Shown piece by piece: positions 53,380 to 64,000 of a DNA stretch of 64,000 bases. Both the position numbers and the translations under genes were made by a program. Location: NCBI RefSeq assembly GCF_009914755.1, contig NC_060931.1. One strand, given 5' to 3'. Origin of the DNA: the human T2T-CHM13v2.0 reference genome, Homo sapiens. Each line of letters begins with the position of its first letter. Within the stretch, counting starts at the first letter, position 1. The notes under the pieces were generated by a model. The model had not been told where the DNA came from and searched no databases. It was given only the letters and a program-made list of their open reading frames with translations.

Positions 53380-54310
53380 CTGGATTGTATGTTCCAATCA
53401 TGGCTCAGCACTTTCTCCCAACTCACATGCTTTTCTGCATTCACCTTGCTACACCTCCTTAATGGGTTTGACTAATAGAAGGTAGCAGAACAGATGCCAC
53501 ACCCATTCCCAGCCAGGGCCTTACTGGCACAGCAGTCTCTACTTCCTGCCTCTTTGGAGTGACACTGCCATGCTTTGATAATTCCACACCACAGAGAGGC
53601 CATGAGCTGGTCCACACCCTAGCTGAGCCCCCAGCCAGTGACGGCATCAACTGCAGCCATGTGAGTGCATCATCTTGGATGCAGCCCTGTTGAGCCTTCA
53701 GGTGATGCCAGCTCCAGCCACTCTCTGCAGTACCCTGAGTGAGAAGGACTCCAGTGAGCCCAGTCAACCCAACAGAGACATGAGAGGTGTATTTGTTTGC
53801 TGGAGCTGCTATAACAAGGTATCACGCTGTGTGGCTTAAAACAGCACGATTTCATTGTGTTACAGTTCTAAAGGCTAACAGTCTAAAATCAAGGTGTTGG
53901 CAGGACCATGCTCTTTCTGAGGGCTCTAGGGGAGGACCCTTTTTTCGTCTGTTGCAGCTTCTGGTAGCCCCGGGCATTCCCTAGTTTGTGGCAGCATCAC
54001 TCCAATCTCTGCCTCAATCTTCATGTGGCCGTCTTCTCCCTGTGTCCAAATTTCCCTCTTCTTATAATGACATCAGTCATACTGGATTAGCACCCCCACC
54101 CCCCAATGACTTCATCTTAATTTGATTACATCACAAAGACCCTATTTCCAAATAAGGTCCCCTTCACAGATACAGTAGTGGAGGTCAGGGCCTCAACATG
54201 TCGTTTTGGGGGATACAATTCAATCTATAATGAGAGATCATGGTATAATGAATTGTTGTCTCTCCATTTTGGAGAAGTTCATGATGTAACAGAAGAAGCC
54301 AGTACACTGG
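53380..54310. mobile_element. MLT1 (G/H-like, plus) LTR with a nested MLT1 (B/C-like, minus) LTR at 53788-54230
   Basis: Inner LTR tgtatttgtttgct..ggggatacaattcaatctataa is flanked by tgagag; the outer LTR resumes after it. Confidence 0.7.
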
Positions 54311-56767
54311 CTGACATTCCTCCAGTGCATACCTGGTCATGCCAGGGACACAAGCTGGATGTCTAAGGGTGCTTAAATCATAGCTGCCAGTCTATGATTT
54401 AAAAGTGCAGGTTACTGAAACATATTGCTCAGAAGTTTGCGTGACTTGGTTTTCATATAGAGTTGTGTGTTGTTTTTTTTTTATAAGGTGTTCTGTTCAT
54501 TAATCTCTGTGTAATTTTTTTTTTAATTCAAGATCTTTACTCTAAACCTGTTCTCTATAAAGAGCAATGGCCGGGAGTCAGAGGATGTGTGTCTGTCCCT
54601 GACTAACTGCATGATCTCAGGCAAATCCAAGTCTCTCTCGGGATTAGCTTCGTTCATTCAGCACCTTTTTACTAGAATCCTGAAATACGTTTGAGGTGAA
54701 ACGGGATTTAGGGGTTCATACAGCCCAGCCCCTAACTTTACAGATCAGGAAGCTGAGCCCTGGGGAAGTTAAGGGGCCTGCCTGGTCCTCAACCGGTTGT
54801 ATTCTGATAGTATTCACCTGTAAAATGTGTTTGGAACACAGTTTCTCAAAGGTTCTTTCCAATTGTTAAACTGAATTTGATTCTTAAACTGTGGATCTGT
54901 ATTTTACCCATTTCAAATTAAAAGAAAGATACTACATTCGATTCAGCTGAATGCATTTCTGAGGCTCAGAAATTATGACTGCAAAATCATGTCACCACAA
55001 TTTCCTTTACTTTGATGCTTATGAATTAGGAAGCCAGTGAATAGAAAGTTTCATCAAACCATCAAAAGCTAAAATGATTTATTTCTGTACTTTCAGTGTT
55101 CATGACTTTGAAGGTTCTGTTTTTACTAATCTTAGCAATGTCTTCATACTTTTAAAAGCCCCCAAAATACCTGGTTATGGCAAAGTTGAGTCACAGGGCT
55201 CATGTGCAATAAAGCTCAGCCCTGGAAAGTGTACCCATGCCTGGTTTAATAGCAAAAGGTAATATGAGACTAACATACCAAAAAAGGGTGAGTGTTCACT
55301 CGTAAGTCATCTCCTGTGAAATAGGAAGAAATCTTAAATGTCGTTTGGATATGTGTTGGGGTTGTTTCTTTGAAACATACATCTGATTCGTTCTCCAATT
55401 ATGCCTGGTCCCAGAGTCTAAGGCTTTAACAATCTGCAGGAACATTTATGTGAATGAATTGCTTTTAGAAATGAAAGGCACATTGTATAAGATATAAGAT
55501 AGTGACATAAGCATGTGCGGGGTAAAAAGACATTTTTATAGTGTATCATGGGAAGTCTTGGATAACTGGGATTAACATGCAGGGTTTAAGACCGTTATGT
55601 TCTGCCATGGTAGCAAAACCTGATAATACGAATTAAAATGAACAATCGTAAAATGCAAACATGTTTGCCACATAATCAGGGCGTAAGATCAATCATGTTG
55701 GCTCTGCTTGTTGAGTATCTGTGTCAGGAGCCCACATGGAAACAGAAAGGAATGATTCTTTGTTCCTGGGCAGAGGAATAGCTTCTGCCACTCTGTTCCC
55801 AAATCTTTGTTAAATTATTTGTTGATGGTTCATCTCCTCGTCTAGGCTGTGAGTGTCTGTGGGAGAGAAACTGTCTTAATTCTCTTCATTATCAGGGCCT
55901 GCCTGCACCTTGTGTACTAAAGGTGGCCAAGAGCCATATCTCCAGGCCCTGCCTGGCAGCAGAAGCAGTGGCGGGACTGCGATGGGAGAGGTGGCTGCAA
56001 TCCTGGGGGGCTTGAGACAGACAGATTCTGCCCCCAGAAAGCTACCGGTAGTTAACAGGTGTGTTCTGTAGCCATACCTCTCCCCACCCAGCCCTGTCTT
56101 CGGTGCAATGCCGTTCATGCCTCGGTGCTGTCCAGGGAAGCTCTGGCCTCAGTGGCTGCAAGTCCTCAGCTTCCCGCAGCCTCCCCCGCAGCACCTGCTG
56201 CGGACTCAGACAAACCAAGAGCACTGAGTTTTCGGAGATTGAGAGCATGACTCACACATTCCAATTATGACACAGAGGGAAGTATTCTCAAGAAAGAGAG
56301 CTAGGGAAGTAAAGACTTTATTGGGCCCCTGTTTGGGCACACTACCATGTGGCCCCCTCTGGTGCCACCTGCCAAGGGCCTTTCCCCGCTGATGGGAGGG
56401 TCTGCCCCTGGCCTTGCCCAGGCATTTCTGCACCTCCTCCACTGAGGCCAGCATTCCAGCTGGGCCCACAGCCACCCTTCACCCCTCTCCCAGTTCCTAG
56501 AACAGGAACACGCTGTTGTGGTTCCCTGCAGCAAGTCAGGTGCCAGGTGCATGGGCCCCACTGCTCCGGGTCTGGACAGGAAGGCAAGGACCAGCTGGAC
56601 AGTTACTTTTTAAGGTGAAGGTGGAATTTGTTGGGTGACATCCCCCCAGTAGTTCCTGCCAATGCCTGAGCTGACTGCACTGTGGCTACCTTATAACTCA
56701 GACTAGAAGCTCCTTTGTGAATCGTCTTTTCCCCTCCTCCCTGATCATTTTTATTTAATACCCGTGA

Positions 56768-57100
<333 letters not shown>

Positions 57101-57525
57101 TAAGGGCATCTAGTAGGGGCCCAGTCAATATCAGTGAAACCAACGAAGCGATTCCTAACATTTGCATCACACTTTCCACTTTACAAAGCAGCTTCCTGGA
57201 ATCGTCTCTGAAGAGTTAGGACCTGCCCTTCACTCAGGTACCTGGCAGTTCAAAGTTCCTGGTGAGCCCCACTCTTCGGAGAAGGAGGAGGAAATGTGAG
57301 GGGTGTTGCCTCGGGCTCCACTGCAGAAATAAAAAGACTGAGAAGAACGCTCTGGGGCTCTCAGTGACCTTTGACGGAGAGGTTCAACTATCAGGTGCCT
57401 CTGTGGGTTAGGCGCTCTCCATACCAAAAATCACACTTATCCTCGCACAGCCATAGGAAGAGGGCATTATCCCCACTCCACAGAGGGGAAAATGACAGTC
57501 TGAAGATATTAAATAGCTTTCCCAG

Positions 57526-58023
<498 letters not shown>

Positions 58024-58229
58024 CTAAGAAGTAACAAAGCTAGGCTTTAAGCCCCAGTCCTGCAGACTGCAGAGAATAATTTATGTTTCATTTGATTACA
58101 TCACTAAGCTTCATTCCCTTGTGCTCATTCTTATTTTGTTTATCCAGAAGCCTTACAAAGTTAAAGGATTAGAGAATCCAGTTGTGTTTTGTCTGGCAAC
58201 CTTACTGGGTCAGAGTTCAAGTATGTAAG

Positions 58230-58790
58230 GGCAGTCGTCTCAAAATGTGGTCTGTGGACCACAGTCCAAAAATGTTACCATTCTGCCAAGAGATAAATAC
58301 AAAAAACTGAGATTAGCAATGTAGAAACTTTTAAGGCAGGATTCTTCAACCTTGGCACTACTGATTTGGGGCCCAATAATTCTTTGTTGTGGGGGCCGTC
58401 CTTTGCACTGTCAGATGCTTCTGAGCATCTCTGGCTTCTGCCCATGAGATGCTAGTAGCATCCCCCTCCCCAGGGGGGACAAGCAAAAACGTCTCTGCTA
58501 TTGTCAAATGTCCTCAGAGGTGGAGGGGCAAAATCAAGAGCCCTCCCTGCCTCTTCCTGGTTGAGAACCACTAACCACTGGTTAAAAGCAATTTGACAGA
58601 GGAATGGTATGTCTGCTCCATCTAATAATTTTTAAATTGGACCTTGAATTTTGTATGTTTCTGTTGTTTTTTAATTTCATTTTACCAGTAATTCATTTTT
58701 ATTGATTGTACTAAAGTATCAGTCTATAAGCCTTTGGAGAAATAAAAAGCAAAACAAAACTGGTCTTTCACCATTGATGGGTTTAGAAGC
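58230..58790 (+). mobile_element. hAT-Charlie MER element with nested MER20 (58336-58572)
   Basis: MER20 caggattcttcaacc...ggttgagaaccact; host cagtcgtctcaaaatgtggtc...actggtctttcacca. Confidence 0.65.
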
Positions 58791-58929
58791 CCTGACGGAG
58801 GAAGAATACAACCAACATCTATGTGTAAGAAGGCCGCTGAGAGGAGACAGAAAATATCCAGCAGATTCTTTTGCTATCTTGTGGCTTGTGAACCTAAATA
58901 TAATCTTTTTAAAAATATATAATCTTTTA

Positions 58930-60060
<1,131 letters not shown>

Positions 60061-60552
60061 GCCCAATTTTTTTAACATGTGGACCAAGCACATGGTACCA
60101 AATTGAAAAATCACAGCCCCCAGTGACTTTAGAGTTACTAGGTTCTCATCCTCTGCCAGATTTTCCTAGTCTATGCAGACAGATACGCCTTCATACTTCC
60201 TCTTTCTCTCCCTCTGATGATGGACTTTCAAGGAGTGGCAGATCTGTGGCCACTCTGAGCAATGCTGCAGCATCCACCTTGTACATGCAGGCAGGAATCA
60301 GTTTTGGTAGATGATTCTGCAGCTAGATTATTTTCAGGCTCTTTGCAATACTATTTTGACTGTCAACATCATCAGTGTCAGCCCCATAAATTAATATATC
60401 TTTTTCTGATTTCAAAAACAATACATACTTATTATAAAAATTCAAATGTCACAGAAATATTTAACTCTAAAAGTAAAAATACCCTATAATCTCACTCTGC
60501 CCTGTTCTTCACCATAACCCCTATGAAACCTGGGGTCTAGTCTTCCAGAGTT

Positions 60553-60556
<4 letters not shown>

Positions 60557-60600
<44 letters not shown>
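60557..60600. repeat. (TG)22 microsatellite
   Basis: Perfect repeat. Confidence 0.95.
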
Positions 60601-60603
<3 letters not shown>

Positions 60604-63085
60604 TTTTTTAAAAACAAATGTGATCACATTATATATTCTGTCCTAGAACTATCATCCTTAGATATTAAACGTTACATACAAAATGTCAGCAAAGGTTTCT
60701 GGTACTAAAGCAAGAATAATTCAAACAAATCTATTTGTAAAGCAAAGTATTACTGATAATACATTTATCCAGATTTTAGAAATGTGAAAATCCACCAATG
60801 TGTAGCCATATGGTAGTCTGTTTGTTTCCTTGAAATTCACCCAAAAGGATTGTTCTCATGTAGTATTTATTAAAATGTATGTTTTCTGCCTAACATTGTT
60901 GAAGAAAACAAATATTTCCCTGGACCAGCCTAACCATCTTATTAACTGTAAATTGCATTATCTGAAATGCAATCAATATTCTTCTGGTATACAGTGCTCC
61001 TAACATATCATTCTAAACCACATTAATAGAGAAGCCTGCATAAGATTTCACAGGCTTTGTCTTGTCTAGCTATTGTTCAGATTTCTTCATTCAAACCCTG
61101 CAGTCTGAGCTGAGCATTAATTATCACTGAAGGCAGGAAAAAAAATGCCGCTTTAAAATAGCAAGCATTGATGACTACAGGTAAATAAATGCCACTGTCA
61201 GGTTTGGATTCCCAAATCAAACATTCCTTCAAAGAATATTTTTTGAGCATGTTTTACATTCTAAGCTCTGAGCTGGGTGCCACGGGTGATACAAAGAAGA
61301 TTAAAATAGAGTCTCTGCCTTGCAAAGATTTCTTAGGAGTTTCCTTAAGAAATAATTACACTTAAAAAAATTTTTTTAAATATTTGGTGACTTAAGCTCA
61401 TGTACTGGGTATCAAAAAATTATTGGATTTCAAGCAAGCATTCTTGCTGCTTTGGTGCATATTAATATCTTCTTCTCAGTATAGACATATCTCACCTGAC
61501 GGATTAGAATATTTTAGTTTCCTTAATATGAATTTCTGCTAAATAAATCCTTCTATTATAAAATCAGATAGGCTTTTTGAAAGAAATCTTTATCTTTGAA
61601 TGAAAGAAAATTATTATTTAAAAAGCAAGCATTCTAGAAATCACACGTACTGAAAATGCATGCTTAGCAGTGTACAGCATTTAGCAACTACTCAAAAAAT
61701 TTTCATTATTGAATTAGTATATTAATGATAATAATATTGGCCATATTTTAAAAGTATCTCTTCATCTGTAAAGGACTTATCTACTTACTAAAGCTGACTC
61801 TGAAAATGCCGTCATGACCGTCACTGAAAAATGAAACCTGTCTAAATTGATCCTGAAACCCTGACAGTGTCATTTGTGGCTGTTTCACACCCTAGTCCCA
61901 CTGTAGATAGTGTCGTTCCTGGAGCTTCGGGATTCCGTTAAATTCTACTTCAGCTTTAGACCTCTGTGCATGTCTAGCTGTAACTCTCAAGCAATTTCTT
62001 AATGAGTTTTCCTTTAATTCCACTTCTAGAACTTACTTTTGTCTTATCAGTTTATCAGGTAAAGAGACAGAAAATAGTTGATTAGTTTCCTGAGACTAGA
62101 GAGTCTAATATCCAAGCCTTACTATGAGTGCAGCAGTCTCACCTCTAAAAATACATTTCTTTCCTCTCGCAATTAAAAAGCAATTAAAGTCTGAATGCAC
62201 TTTGAAAAAATTAAAAGTTAAAAATAAATAAACAAAAACACACTTTTCTCCTAAGTCAGCTGGTGAATCTGACCCGACAAACAGCATCATGGCTGTCACC
62301 GGGAGGCAGCTCCAAGGAATCCGTGGTTTTCACTCATTTTCCTTGCCAGGTGATTAGAGATGCCACCACTACGTACAGTCTGATGGAAAACACATCTTTA
62401 TGTGTGCAGATATGTTTTAGGCTGCCGGAAGTGCCGTTTAAGATGATACACTTTTTGAGCAAATAATTTACATTAGCTTTACAGCACATAACTGAATCTT
62501 TTCTATTAGTTCTGAACTTTTCCTGAAACAGTTTTTATGCTATCTCTAATCGTATCCTGGGCCTTTGTTAAAACGATAATCTTTTTAATTCACTGAAACT
62601 CTACTTTTGATGTCAGATCCCTGGGGAACCCTGGTCTATGTGCTTCCCAGTTCAGGTTGGCGTAGGCCTCTCCCTCAATCTGTCCCTCTCCTGTCTCTTC
62701 TCCCTCCCTCCTCTCTGTAAGCCTTTTCCACCTCCCTCCAAGCTCCTGATGACAGTGATAGCTCGGCATTTATCTAGCTTTTTCTGTCTTTCTTTCTGCA
62801 CTCAGAGTTTACAGCCAAAAAGCCTGTGTCCAGTGGGCATATTAGAGGCCTGTGAAACAACAAGTCCTAGTTCTACTACTCCCTAAAAGAAGAAACTCAC
62901 TTAAACCACTTCCATAAAACCCCTAGCTAGAATTAGCTAAATCTTCAAATGTCCAGGCTTTAGGTTACAAGGTGTCCCTTATCAAGGGACATCTGTAGAA
63001 ACTTTAGTTTGATTTCAGTCCTGAAAAAGACAGTCAACTCATGTCATCAGCACACCTAAATCTCAGCCTCACATGCATACACTCT

Positions 63086-63148
63086 GCCCACACACAGCAC
63101 ACACACTCACACACGTACACACACACAAACATACACACACACACACAC
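63086..63148. repeat. Imperfect (CA)n
   Basis: Interrupted CA run. Confidence 0.8.
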
Positions 63149-63552
63149 AGAGTCACTACATTTACGAGGTTTCAAGCCTGCGGAATTTTGAATGACATCA
63201 GCCATGGCTACTGTAATGTCATGGGCTGGCAAAATCTGCAGATGAAGAATAGCAAGTTGTTTTAACAGCAGCCAGTAGGGTGGTACTACCACTTCCTGCC
63301 AGGATGTCACCCCGTGGTAAATCCGCAGGAACATCTCTCTCTCCTGTAACTATCCAGGATTGCTCCCCAGCAGGGTACCAGGTCCTCCCACTAGATCATC
63401 CCTTCTCAGAAAGTTTCTGGCACACCTAATGCTGTTATTTACCAAGGGCTACCTATGATATTTTTTAAATGGAGTAAGGAGAGAAAGTGAATCACATAAG
63501 TTTGGTTTGTTGGGAGGGAAAGATGAAAACTCAAATTCCAGCCATGGCCTGT

Positions 63553-63958
63553 TGTTATGGGTTGAATTGTGTCCCCCAGAAAAGATAAGTTGAAGTCCTA
63601 ATGCCCAGGACCTATGAATGTGGCCTGTTTAGAGACAGGGTCTTGGCAGATGCAAAGAGTTAAGATGGGATCATATCACAGGATAATGTGCCCCTAATCT
63701 AATGTGATAGATGTCCTTATTGGAAGAGGAAAGGAGCTGTGTGAGGCCAATACAGGGAGCAGGCCACGTGGCAAGGGTGGCAGAGATCCAAACGCTGCGG
63801 CTGCTGGCCAAGGAACATCAAGGAGTGCCGGGAACATGGCTCTGCTGACACCTTGATTTCGGACTTCTGGCCTCCAAAACTGTAAGACAACACATTTCTG
63901 TCATTTGAAGCCATCCAGTTTGTGGTACTTTGTTATGCAGTGCCAGGTGACGAATGTA
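63553..63958 (+). mobile_element. MLT1 (B/C-like) LTR
   Basis: tgttatgggttgaattgtgtccccc...gacaccttgatttcggacttctggcctcc...gtttgtggtactttgttatg. Confidence 0.8.
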
Positions 63959-64000
63959 CCTATAGAAGCCTGGTGACACAAGAGGTGTCCCCCCATCACC

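Overview
Human (or very closely related great-ape) Alu-dense genomic DNA covering the 5' end of EZH2, which is transcribed on the minus strand. It was identified from a CpG island at ~25.2-27.0 kb whose minus strand matches the non-coding first exon of EZH2 mRNA as I recall it (GTTTGGCGCTCGGTCCGGTCGCGTCCGACACCC...GCGCGGGACGAAG|GTAACG). Bases 1-25942 are intron 1, with a probable alternative first exon at ~24976-25288. Bases ~26130-64000 are upstream intergenic DNA. No protein-coding exon lies in the window; the long track ORFs come from Alus, microsatellites, decayed L1 or GC-rich island sequence. The rest is ~60 Alu/FLAM copies plus L1, L2, MIR, MaLR LTRs (MST/MLT1), DNA-transposon fossils (Charlie1, MER2, MER8, MER20, MER58) and a 7SL RNA pseudogene. 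I see no evidence of a new gene system. The best leads are regulatory or structural: a TSS-dependent uORF predicted to overlap the EZH2 start codon; an E2F/G4/inverted-CHR/MYB module upstream of the core promoter; a sense-oriented MSTA LTR with a DUX-type motif in the 5'UTR intron; a 74-bp templated duplication; a 57-bp micro-retrocopy; and an inverted Alu block flanked by a 56-bp direct repeat. Repeat subfamily names and boundaries are by-eye estimates, not RepeatMasker output.
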